From an uncultured Eubacteriales bacterium (GTDB lineage Bacteria; Acidobacteriota; Aminicenantia; Aminicenantales; Aminicenantaceae), in the NCBI GenBank assembly GCA_964633715.1, contig CAZWHQ010000004.1, forward strand, positions 5,354 to 69,353: a stretch of 64,000 nucleotides of DNA, read 5' to 3'. Shown here one piece after another: positions 56,572 through 64,000 of this stretch. Every line of letters starts with the position of its first letter. The first letter of the stretch is position 1. The notes beneath the pieces were generated by a model that searched no databases, was not told the DNA's origin, and worked only from the letters and a program-made list of their open reading frames with translations. The position numbers and the translations under genes were made by a program.

Positions 56572-57368
56572 TAGACTCTCTCTTTTTGTTTCAAATGAGT
56601 CTTTCTTTTATTGTTGGGAGTCTTTGGGTTTTTCTGACCACACTTCTCGCCGATCGGTTTGGGAGCAAAATTGGTGGCTTTATCGGAGGTCTTCCCTCAA
56701 CAGCCGCTGTCTCGTTTTTCTTTATTGGACTCACTCAATCGCCGATTTTCGCTGCACAAGCGACAACCGTTTTCCCCATGAGTTATGCGTTTACAGGTCT
56801 ATTTCTGGTCTTGTACGCACTTTTCTGGCGCCATGGCTTCATCGTCACATTAAGCGGCTCTCTTTCTGTTTGGTTTCTCCTTTCTGCCTGTGTTGTGCTG
56901 CTCGATGTGGATTCTTATGTTCTTTCTGTTGGTTTTTATATGGTTGTTCTTATTTTGGCCGTATATACTCTCGAATTCAGATTAAAAATTCCATCGATTG
57001 GAAAAGAGGATATCCATTATTCTGTTCCTCAATATGCGATTAGAGCGGTATTTGGCGGTTTTATTGTGGCTTTAGCTGTTTTTTTGAGTCACATTGGAGG
57101 CCCTGTGTTCGGAGGCATTTTTTCAGCGTTCCCAGCTGTTTTTATCTCGATTCTGATAATCAACTACAGATCGAGAGGGATGGAATTTTCTCGCGCTATG
57201 ACTAAACCGCTGCTTGTCACAGGAATGGTGTCCATTTTTTTTTACAGTGTTGGAGTCAGGTACTTCTATCCATCTTTTGGACTGTGGTGGGGGACTTTCG
57301 GAGCTTATGTCGTTGCTTTATTCGGCGCCCTCTTTTCGTGCCTTGTGATTCAAAAAAAACTTACTTGA
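56568..57368 (+). CDS. Integral membrane protein made of two internally repeated halves (DUF3147-like G-rich TM motif, GxxGGxxxxxP).
   Basis: Internal repeat: SFIVGSLWVFLTTLLADRFGSKIGGFIGGLPSTAAVSFFFIG versus RAVFGGFIVALAVFLSHIGGPVFGGIFSAFPAVFISILIIN. Overlaps the ATPase stop by 4 nt. Confidence 0.5.
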   Translation: MIDSLFLFQMSLSFIVGSLWVFLTTLLADRFGSKIGGFIGGLPSTAAVSFFFIGLTQSPIFAAQATTVFPMSYAFTGLFLVLYALFWRHGFIVTLSGSLSVWFLLSACVVLLDVDSYVLSVGFYMVVLILAVYTLEFRLKIPSIGKEDIHYSVPQYAIRAVFGGFIVALAVFLSHIGGPVFGGIFSAFPAVFISILIINYRSRGMEFSRAMTKPLLVTGMVSIFFYSVGVRYFYPSFGLWWGTFGAYVVALFGALFSCLVIQKKLT

Positions 57369-57498
57369 AATTCCACCGTGTTATCTTAGTAAATTTTTAT
57401 CGACTGGCTAAAGACTCATTGTTGAAATCATGGAAATATTGATATTTCTGAAATGACGTTGGAGATTTTTTTAAAAATTTGATAAAAAGAAGACAGAC

Positions 57499-57990
57499 AT
57501 GGATCCCATCATTTTTGAAGACAACGTCAAGTATGATCTCTGGTTCAAAATCATTCTTGTCGGCTCCATCGTTGTCCTCATTGCGGTGGGGATCATGTTT
57601 TTCATCGATGCCTATTCCAGAGATATTCTCCCTGAAGAGCCCATGGAAGATTCCAAGATCGGGGCTATTATTATGTTTGTTGCAACGGCTTTTCTTTTGC
57701 TCGTGTACGGTGCAGTTCTACCGAGAAAACTATTTATCTACAGGGATAAAATCCGGATCAAATACGGCTTGTTTTTCTATAATATTCCTTTTTCGAAAAT
57801 TGATTTCTACGCTAAAACCAGAGGTCTTCCCTTAGGCAATTACTTAATCTCTGCAACATCTCTCAAGAATCAGATCGAGATTGTCCGTAAGAGAGGCTTG
57901 AAAATTAGAATTTCTCCCAGTCGTATGGATTTCTTTTTAGAAGCTTTTAATCGAGCAGTGGAAGACTGGGAAAAATATCAACCAAGATAG
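57499..57990 (+). CDS. Membrane protein with a bacterial PH-like (YdbT/bPH_2-like) domain.
   Basis: Two N-terminal TM helices, then a roughly 90-aa soluble domain with a PH-like pattern. 163 aa. Confidence 0.45.
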   Translation: MDPIIFEDNVKYDLWFKIILVGSIVVLIAVGIMFFIDAYSRDILPEEPMEDSKIGAIIMFVATAFLLLVYGAVLPRKLFIYRDKIRIKYGLFFYNIPFSKIDFYAKTRGLPLGNYLISATSLKNQIEIVRKRGLKIRISPSRMDFFLEAFNRAVEDWEKYQPR

Positions 57991-58159
57991 ATTTACGTGT
58001 GATCTTGATGTTTATAACATAAAATGCTTGGAATCGTACTATTGGTGCTTATCGGGATATTTTCACTTGTGATGATTATCCTGGCCGCTGTAAAAGCCAG
58101 CGAAGGAGAAAAATACCGCTATCCCTTCAGTATCCGTTTGATTCAGTAGTTTCATTCAC

Positions 58160-58654
58160 TTGAAAACCACAGATCCTGTAATGGATTCCCCGAAAGGTTT
58201 GAAGAGGCGTCTGGGTCTGCTTGATTCCACGATGATGATGATGGGAATTGTCATCGATTCCGGGATTTTTCTCACGACTGGGATCATGGCCAGGGATGGG
58301 CTTTTTTTTAAAAAAGTGGCACGGATTCATCCACGCTTCAAAACTCCATCGATCTCAATTTTTTTACAAGGATTATGGGCCTGTATTTTGACATTATCCG
58401 GGACATTCGAACAGCTTTTTACGTTTGCCATGTTTGCCGGCATTATTTTTTGGGTGGCTGCAGCCGCCTCAATTTTTGCGCTGAGGAAAAAAGCTCCACA
58501 ACTTCCAAGACCCTATAAAACTTGGGGGTATCCAGTGACTCCTCTGATCTTCATCGTTGTTCTAACAGGGATTCTTGTGAACACTCTTTTTCAAAAACCC
58601 GTAGAATCCTTGGCGGGAAGTGGATTGGCTTTGTTAGGGGTGCCAGTGTACTAA
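58160..58654 (+). pseudogene. Remnant of an APC-family amino-acid permease with a large internal deletion: the N-terminal first-TM region is fused directly to the last C-terminal TM helices.
   Basis: The N-terminus LKRRLGLLDSTMMMMGIVIDSGIFLTTGIMA matches the APC first helix. It is followed at once by RDGLFFKKVARIHPRFKTPSISIFLQGLWACIL..., which matches the APC C-terminal region. Only 164 aa versus the expected 440-480 or so. Confidence 0.55.
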
Positions 58655-58677
58655 TACTGGAAAAGGAAAAAAACTGG

Positions 58678-59622
58678 TTAGGGGAGTCCGACAGGTTCTC
58701 TTTTGAGTACGGCCGTCATGCAGTGAAGAGAACCCCATCCTTTGCGAAGTTCAGAGACATCAATTTCAATGACTTTGTGGACATGTTCCGCTAAAGCTGC
58801 CTTTGTTTCTGGAAATCCTGAGGCCAAAAGAATGACGCCAGGTGAGAGGGCGACAAAATTTAAAGCCAGCCTTGCTGTTTCTTCGGGCGAAGGAGCCTCC
58901 AGCAATTTTATCCCTTTCTCCTTAAGGATTTTTCTCAATTCAGACGGGAATCGTAGAGGATCGATCATTGCTGTTTTTTTCTCTATGAAACTGACAATAC
59001 TGTCAATGTGGGCGTATCCATGAGGAATTTGCATTTGAAGGAAATGTGTCACACCCACCTGTTTAAGGATCTCTTTTAATTGTCTGATGCCTTCGGTATT
59101 GGCTCTATCCCCGATTCCCAAAATTACGGTTTTTGCATCGACCCACAGACAGCATGCTGTTTCAAAGATCCCGTGTCCCGAAATCGTTCGGAGAATAGGA
59201 ATGCCAAGACGGCTTAAGGCTTCGGCTACGTACCGCTCCTCGCCACGCCGGCAGGCCATGGCTTGACGCCCTACAATGGCTCCTTCAGGACTCATGAGGA
59301 CATTGTCTCGCATGAAGTAAGCGTTGGGCCGGTCGTCACGCATTCTGTCTACATAAAAAACCGAAACGCCGTGGGTTTTGTACAATGTAGCTAGGTTTTC
59401 ATGCTGGCTTCGTGCTTTTTCCGGATTTAAAACCTCCAGCCATCTGCATTGTTTTGGATCTTTAATGCCTTCGATTTCCTTTCCAGGTTGCCTCAGAAGT
59501 ACGGCTTTTAAAGGGCCCACTTCAGAATCACAGCCCCAGTCACCGCCCCATAAGGAGGTCATCTCCGTACGTGAAGGTGTTTCCAGAGGTCGCCATTCCT
59601 GAGGGATTTTAGTCTTTGTCAC
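58678..59622 (-). CDS. Amidinotransferase-superfamily hydrolase (dimethylarginine dimethylaminohydrolase/arginine-deiminase/citrulline-utilisation-like).
   Basis: 314 aa with the C-terminal catalytic Cys motif GSLHCMT and a fold pattern typical of DDAH/ADI-like enzymes. Confidence 0.65.
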   Translation of the reverse strand: MTKTKIPQEWRPLETPSRTEMTSLWGGDWGCDSEVGPLKAVLLRQPGKEIEGIKDPKQCRWLEVLNPEKARSQHENLATLYKTHGVSVFYVDRMRDDRPNAYFMRDNVLMSPEGAIVGRQAMACRRGEERYVAEALSRLGIPILRTISGHGIFETACCLWVDAKTVILGIGDRANTEGIRQLKEILKQVGVTHFLQMQIPHGYAHIDSIVSFIEKKTAMIDPLRFPSELRKILKEKGIKLLEAPSPEETARLALNFVALSPGVILLASGFPETKAALAEHVHKVIEIDVSELRKGWGSLHCMTAVLKREPVGLP

Positions 59623-59956
59623 TCTGTCCCTTATTTTTCATCTTCGCTTGCCGTTTCATGTTTTCAATCACAGGTTTAACCGACTCCTTCCACTCTTTCA
59701 TCCTTTGTGAAAACTCATCTGTTGGAGGAGTGAGGATTTTTCCCAACTCCTTAAGTTTTTTTCCAAGCTCTGAGAGAGAAGGGTGAACAGCACGCTCAAA
59801 ATCCTTTAGCTTTTTTTCACCTTTTTCAAATTCGTTTTTGAGATCTTCACCGATGTCCTTAAGCTGATCACCAATGTCTTTAAAAATGTCTTTATTTTTG
59901 TCTGTCATCTTCTGCTCCCTAGTGGGTATTATAGAATTCAAACAGTGTTTACTCAA
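59609..59956 (-). CDS. Lys/Glu-rich predicted coiled-coil small protein (hypothetical).
   Basis: Repetitive K/E/L heptad-like composition (KDIGDQLKDIGEDLKNEFEKGEKKLKDFE...). Low complexity. Confidence 0.35.
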   Translation of the reverse strand: MSKHCLNSIIPTREQKMTDKNKDIFKDIGDQLKDIGEDLKNEFEKGEKKLKDFERAVHPSLSELGKKLKELGKILTPPTDEFSQRMKEWKESVKPVIENMKRQAKMKNKGQSDKD

Positions 59957-60163
59957 GATTCCAATATATGATTTTCCTAATTTTTTCTTAACTTAATGTC
60001 GACAATATGCTAATATATCCTTCAATTTATCTAAATAAATTGAGAAATTTTAAAATTATAAAATACACAATCACATGAGTTTTGAAGAGAGAGACGATCC
60101 TCAATATTTGAACTCAAAGGAACAGCAGTTCCATTCATTTGACTATTAAAAGAGAGGAAGAAG

Positions 60164-61387
60164 ATGGATATTTTTTCGAAATGCGACACGGACGCAGGTT
60201 CTTTCGGTCAATTCCGCGCTCGGGGCGATCATTTTTTTACTAGACCTATCCTTGATTCGCTCCCTGGACCCCGTATGGTTTTTCAGGGAAATGAATGTGT
60301 GATGTGGTCAGTAAACAGTTATCTGGGGCTGGCTGGTAATGAAGAGGTTAAAGCCGTTGCCCGCAAAACTCTGGAGGAATACAGCACGAGTGGCCCCATG
60401 GGTTCCAGGATGATGACGGGAAATTCAACACGCCATATCAAACTTGAAGAAGCACTTGCAGACTACTGTGAAAAAGATGCGGCTGTCCTTTTTAACTATG
60501 GGTATCTGGGTGTCCTTGGAACCCTAGCCTCTCTTGTTGAAAAAAATGATACCATCATTATCGATAAACTTTCTCATGCGTCCATGATCGACGGCACGCA
60601 CCTGTCGCGTGGAAAATACCGGGTTTTTCAGCACAATGATATGAATGATCTGGAAAAGCAGCTAAAACAGGTGAATGACAAAAGAAAGGGCGGTGTCCTT
60701 GTTGTTACCGAGGGCGTGTTTGGAATGGAAGGTGATCTGGCAGATCTCCCGGGAATTTGTGCATTAAAAGACAAGTACGATGCGCGGCTCTTTGTCGATG
60801 ATGCCCATGGTTTTGGGGTGATGGGAGAAACCGGCCAGGGGACAGCCTCTTATTATGGAGTTCAGGACAAGATTGATATCTATTTTGGGACATTTGCTAA
60901 AGCTTTTGCCTCGATCGGAGGTATGGCTGCAGGAGAAAAAAGGGTCTGTGAGTGGATCCTTTACAATGCCCGCACACAGATCTTTGCCAAAAGTCTTCCC
61001 ATGGTGTATGTCGAATCTTTGCATAAGACATTGGAAATTATCAGGACGGATAATAAAAGACGGGAAAAGATGTGGGGTGTGTCCAGGAAGCTGAAAAATG
61101 GTCTTTTGGAACTTGGATTTAAAGTGGGCGATGTGCGTTCACCGATCACACCTGTTTATGTACCTGTTGGGAATATCAATTTGGGTGCGATGATTTTGAT
61201 GAAGCTGAGGAGTCTTGGTGTTTTTGTGACTGGTGTTGTCTATCCTGTTGTTCCAAAAGGGATTGTCCTGTTCAGAATGATTCCCACAGCGGCCCATTCA
61301 GATGAAGATATCGAAAAAACTTTGTTTGCTTTCCGCAAGGTCAGAGATGACATGAAGCTCGATTTAGAGACTAAAAAGAGCGGTTGA
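60164..61387 (+). CDS. Alpha-oxoamine synthase family PLP enzyme (serine palmitoyltransferase / 2-amino-3-ketobutyrate CoA ligase / BioF-like).
   Basis: Class II aminotransferase pattern with PLP-Lys in GTFAKAFASIGG, His in DDAHGFG, and the substrate loop. 407 aa. Confidence 0.8.
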   Translation: MDIFSKCDTDAGSFGQFRARGDHFFTRPILDSLPGPRMVFQGNECVMWSVNSYLGLAGNEEVKAVARKTLEEYSTSGPMGSRMMTGNSTRHIKLEEALADYCEKDAAVLFNYGYLGVLGTLASLVEKNDTIIIDKLSHASMIDGTHLSRGKYRVFQHNDMNDLEKQLKQVNDKRKGGVLVVTEGVFGMEGDLADLPGICALKDKYDARLFVDDAHGFGVMGETGQGTASYYGVQDKIDIYFGTFAKAFASIGGMAAGEKRVCEWILYNARTQIFAKSLPMVYVESLHKTLEIIRTDNKRREKMWGVSRKLKNGLLELGFKVGDVRSPITPVYVPVGNINLGAMILMKLRSLGVFVTGVVYPVVPKGIVLFRMIPTAAHSDEDIEKTLFAFRKVRDDMKLDLETKKSG

Positions 61388-62187
61388 TAAGATTGGGACA
61401 ACAACAAAAAGTTCTGATTACCGGGGCATCAAGAGGAATTGGGCGCGCGACAGCATTAATCCTTCATAATTTAGGCTACACTGTTTTTGGGACCTATTAT
61501 CCGCTCGATAAAACAGACGATCGACTTGACAATATCGAATACTTCCCCCTTGATTTTAAAAATGAAGATTCCATTGTTGCTCTTGCCCAAAAAATTAAAG
61601 ATATCGATATCTTAATCAACAACGTTGGGCAAAGCCAGATCGGGCCTGTCGAAGAAACTCCTATCGATAAAATCAGAGATGATTTCCAGGTTAATTTTTT
61701 TGGGATGATTTCTCTCACGCAGGCCTTTCTTCCGGGTATGAGAGAGCGAAAAAGAGGGACCATCATCAATATTGGATCGATGGCGGGAAGGTTTGCTGTT
61801 CCTTTTCAGTCGATCTATGTGGCCACAAAAGCAGCCGTTGCCGGATTCAGCTGGGCGCTGCGCAACGAAGTCATGAATTTCGGCATCAAGGTTATCGTTG
61901 TCGAACCCAACGATATTAGGACCACAATTGAACCCTATGTTGCTTTGAAAGACGATTCGGTCTACCGGGACTCGGTCTTAAAAATGAAAAGTGTCAGGGA
62001 TAAGAACATGGCTCATGCACCTGGTCCGGAAATCGTAGGAAAAAAAGTGGCTAAAATCCTGAAGAAAAATAAACCAAGGCCCTTTTATACAGTGGGTGGC
62101 ATCGGGCCGCTTTTGGTTTTTTTAAAGAGGTTGATGCCTGATAAAGTTGTCGAAAAACTTTTGAAGAAAAACTACGGCCTTAAATAA
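61384..62187 (+). CDS. Short-chain dehydrogenase/reductase (classical SDR), translationally coupled to the AOS gene by a 4-nt overlap.
   Basis: TGASRGIG cofactor motif, NNVG, and a catalytic YxxxK (YVATKAA). 267 aa. Confidence 0.8.
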   Translation: MIRLGQQQKVLITGASRGIGRATALILHNLGYTVFGTYYPLDKTDDRLDNIEYFPLDFKNEDSIVALAQKIKDIDILINNVGQSQIGPVEETPIDKIRDDFQVNFFGMISLTQAFLPGMRERKRGTIINIGSMAGRFAVPFQSIYVATKAAVAGFSWALRNEVMNFGIKVIVVEPNDIRTTIEPYVALKDDSVYRDSVLKMKSVRDKNMAHAPGPEIVGKKVAKILKKNKPRPFYTVGGIGPLLVFLKRLMPDKVVEKLLKKNYGLK

Positions 62188-62195
62188 ATTGGGAG

Positions 62196-62237
62196 GATAA
62201 GGATTCAAGGGGTCAAGAATTCAGGGATTCAAGTGCT
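62196..62237. repeat. Left arm of an imperfect inverted repeat of about 40 bp, built from GGATTCAAGG-like sub-repeats, flanking the four-helix-bundle gene.
   Basis: gataaggattcaaggggtcaagaattcagggattcaagtgc is the near reverse-complement of the right arm at 62598-62637. Confidence 0.7.
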
Positions 62238-62592
62238 TTTTTTCTAACGATTTAATAAGTGCTTTGAGCATCCTTTCAACCTCTCCTATTCCCTCCTGTA
62301 GTATCTTTAATTTATCAGTCTCAATATAACCCATGTCCCCAGATAGTAATATTTGGGTTTCCAGCTCACAATTTGAACCATAAGCAATATATAAAAACCG
62401 AATATATTCCGGAGTTGTTTTTCGTCCATATCCTTCTGCTATATTACTTGGAACAGAGACTGCTGCTCTCCGTATTTGCGATGTCAGGATGTATCTTTCT
62501 TCATTAGGGAATCTTTTTGTTATTTTGTAAACCTCCAAACATAGCTGATAGGCTCTTTGCCAAACTTTCAATTCTTTATAATTCCTAAGCAT
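62221..62592 (-). CDS. Four-helix-bundle protein of the family usually encoded in 23S rRNA intervening sequences.
   Basis: About 120 aa with the characteristic N-terminus (YKELKVWQRAYQLCLEVYKITKRFP...), the conserved AAVSVPSNIAEGYGR motif, and flanking inverted repeats. Confidence 0.8.
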   Translation of the reverse strand: MLRNYKELKVWQRAYQLCLEVYKITKRFPNEERYILTSQIRRAAVSVPSNIAEGYGRKTTPEYIRFLYIAYGSNCELETQILLSGDMGYIETDKLKILQEGIGEVERMLKALIKSLEKKHLNP

Positions 62593-62597
62593 TTTTC

Positions 62598-62637
62598 ACT
62601 CGAATCCTTGAACCCTCGAATCCTTGAATCCTTATTC
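62598..62637. repeat. Right arm of the inverted repeat flanking the four-helix-bundle gene.
   Basis: cactcgaatccttgaaccctcgaatccttgaatccttatt. Its reverse complement (aataaggattcaaggattcgagggttcaaggattcgagtg) matches the left arm apart from a few mismatches. Confidence 0.7.
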
Positions 62638-64000
62638 TAGATTTCTTTCAGGATTAGCAGCCATCCTTTTCCCTTTTCAATAGGAATTTCTTCCGATGGG
62701 GCAAAATTGGCGGCGTCCTGAAAATCTTTAGCATAGGGAGCTTGAAGGATATATAAATCGGGACTGAATCCGAGCGCCTCCCAATCTATGTTGAGACGGC
62801 ACACGACAGGTCCCTCAGCCCAACTGGCTAGAGCGATAAGAACGCTTTCTTCTTTTTTGTTTACGTAGGCCGTCGCAAGGACATCTTTTCTATCTGTCCG
62901 GATAGGGGAGGAAGAAGACCAGTACCCCTTCATCTCTGAATCCTGGATATTAAAATCATCCCAGATTTTCCAGATGGGCCTTGGATCACCAGCCCAAGGC
63001 AGGCGGGAGGTCATACCATAGATCATCCCCCGCCAGGGATTCCCCCCATCCTGAAGCATCTCTCCCATAAGTCCAAATGGAATTCCCGATATCTCGACAA
63101 GCCAATAGTCAGGGGAGGAATCATAGTCAAAGTATTCTCCGAACCAGAGGCGGTTGAGATAGGGGAAGTGTTCGAGATAGAGATTGGCGCTGCTGGCATA
63201 ACCATCCCTCGGATTGAACTGGTTTGCGGAATGGAGATCGATAAGCGCTCCCTCCCTGTTGCGGTCCAGGATTTTTCGAACACGTTTCATAGTTGTCCTG
63301 TCGTAGGCGACATCATCGATATAAAGGCCGTCGATTTTGATGTTTTTGGCCAACCAGTCAAGGCCTTCGATATAGTAATTGTGCCAGCGGGACATGCCGC
63401 TGTTGATAAGAGCGGCATCCTTGAGTTTTGGAACAAACCAGGCAGCGATGTAGTTAGATCCGATGTGTTCTTGAAGCCATGAGAATCCCCCTCCAGGACC
63501 CGGGGAGAAGATTTCCTCTCCCAGGCTTCTGAATGCAAAGATCTCTGCGGCCCTGTTGGACAGCTCTCGGATGGTGTTATAAATTTTTACTTTAAATCCT
63601 CTTTCATGTGCTGCCTTGACATATTGTTTCATCAATTCGGTGTGGATAAAGGGATAGTTGATGTAGGGATTGACTTCATTGGCATGGTGGTTGTTGATGG
63701 TGTTTGCTCCTGAGGCGGCGATCTTTTCGATGGGTTCATAGGCATGATAAAACCGTGTGGCCCACTGGGTTTTGGTGTCCAGGAGTTTAAAAGGGGTTAA
63801 AAGGAGGTTGAAGTTAAAATAAAGATTTTTGCCGGGCTGGACTGTCCTGGAACCGCTGTAGGCGCAGATAATTACAGCATGGCTGTCCTCTTTGATCTCG
63901 CAGCCGCCTTTGCCGTCATTAAACCAGGAAGGCGGCATATTAAGCGGTTTGGACAGGTAAAAATTCGTATTCAGCGGTCTGGAGTAATTCTCTGCACGAA
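62637..64000 (-). CDS. Putative glycoside-hydrolase-like TIM-barrel protein. Partial: the N-terminus lies beyond the window end.
   Basis: The open frame continues upstream past 63938 to the edge. Acidic and aromatic-rich barrel motifs (GLYIDDVAYD; NEVNPY) suggest a GH-like fold. The family is not determined. Confidence 0.4.
   Translation of the reverse strand, partial: RAENYSRPLNTNFYLSKPLNMPPSWFNDGKGGCEIKEDSHAVIICAYSGSRTVQPGKNLYFNFNLLLTPFKLLDTKTQWATRFYHAYEPIEKIAASGANTINNHHANEVNPYINYPFIHTELMKQYVKAAHERGFKVKIYNTIRELSNRAAEIFAFRSLGEEIFSPGPGGGFSWLQEHIGSNYIAAWFVPKLKDAALINSGMSRWHNYYIEGLDWLAKNIKIDGLYIDDVAYDRTTMKRVRKILDRNREGALIDLHSANQFNPRDGYASSANLYLEHFPYLNRLWFGEYFDYDSSPDYWLVEISGIPFGLMGEMLQDGGNPWRGMIYGMTSRLPWAGDPRPIWKIWDDFNIQDSEMKGYWSSSSPIRTDRKDVLATAYVNKKEESVLIALASWAEGPVVCRLNIDWEALGFSPDLYILQAPYAKDFQDAANFAPSEEIPIEKGKGWLLILKEI

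Noticed and set aside
1-64000. CRISPR arrays, rRNA and tRNA genes.
   Set aside because: I saw no regularly spaced direct repeats of 25-40 bp with unique spacers, and no rRNA- or tRNA-like conserved motifs.

Overview
This 64 kb window looks like a chromosomal segment from an uncultivated, diderm (Gram-negative-type) anaerobic bacterium with moderate GC content, about 42-44 % by eye. All calls rest on reading the translated ORFs for family motifs; nothing was searched against a database. From left to right, the window holds the following.

- 1-8.1 kb, minus strand: one co-directional block with a TonB-dependent-like outer-membrane receptor, a small outer-membrane beta-barrel, a membrane-anchored heptaheme c-type cytochrome, and a molybdopterin oxidoreductase complex of the polysulfide/thiosulfate/tetrathionate-reductase type, with 4x[4Fe-4S] (FeS), NrfD-like membrane and Tat-exported molybdopterin subunits.
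- 8.1-11.2 kb: a lone dihydrolipoyl dehydrogenase and a sulfatase.
- 11.3-18.8 kb: a respiratory complex I operon, nuoA to nuoI, that stops after nuoI; no nuoJKLMN follows.
- 18.8-21.3 kb: an MBL-fold hydrolase, two tandem PilZ-domain proteins, a 56-aa TRASH-type zinc-ribbon ORF, a truncated CoA-binding gene and a GC-rich structured-looking stretch.
- 21.4-25.7 kb: a beta-CASP RNase, then a TldD with a twin-arginine signal, then PmbA.
- 25.8-29.7 kb: two tandem M14 carboxypeptidase genes; the second has lost its zinc ligands and looks like a pseudoenzyme.
- 29.8-33.3 kb: a ribose-type sugar ABC transporter (permease, tandem ATPase, binding protein).
- 33.3-34.1 kb: pyrE, whose 3' end overlaps a GC-rich element.
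- 34.2-49.3 kb: the main point of interest. A bacterial CODH/ACS (Wood-Ljungdahl) cluster (acsA/cooS, acsB, acsC, acsD, two CooC-type ATPases, a RACo) has no acsE in cis. Instead it is joined to an MttB-superfamily methyltransferase, a corrinoid protein, a second RACo and a core-MetE/URO-D-like methyltransferase. This suggests a route from methylated compounds (quaternary amines) to the acetyl-CoA synthase.
- 49.4-62.2 kb: a hypothetical protein, an excisionase-like HTH protein, a metallophosphoesterase, a large S9/DPP-IV-like peptidase, an unusual operon of membrane protein, ABC ATPase and internally duplicated membrane protein preceded by a small ORF, a PH-domain membrane protein, an internally deleted APC permease remnant, an amidinotransferase-family hydrolase, and an alpha-oxoamine synthase paired with a short-chain dehydrogenase (SDR).
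- 62.2-62.6 kb: a four-helix-bundle gene of the 23S rRNA intervening-sequence type, flanked by 40-bp inverted repeats.
- 62.6-64.0 kb: a partial glycoside-hydrolase-like gene running off the right edge.

I saw no CRISPR array, rRNA or tRNA.
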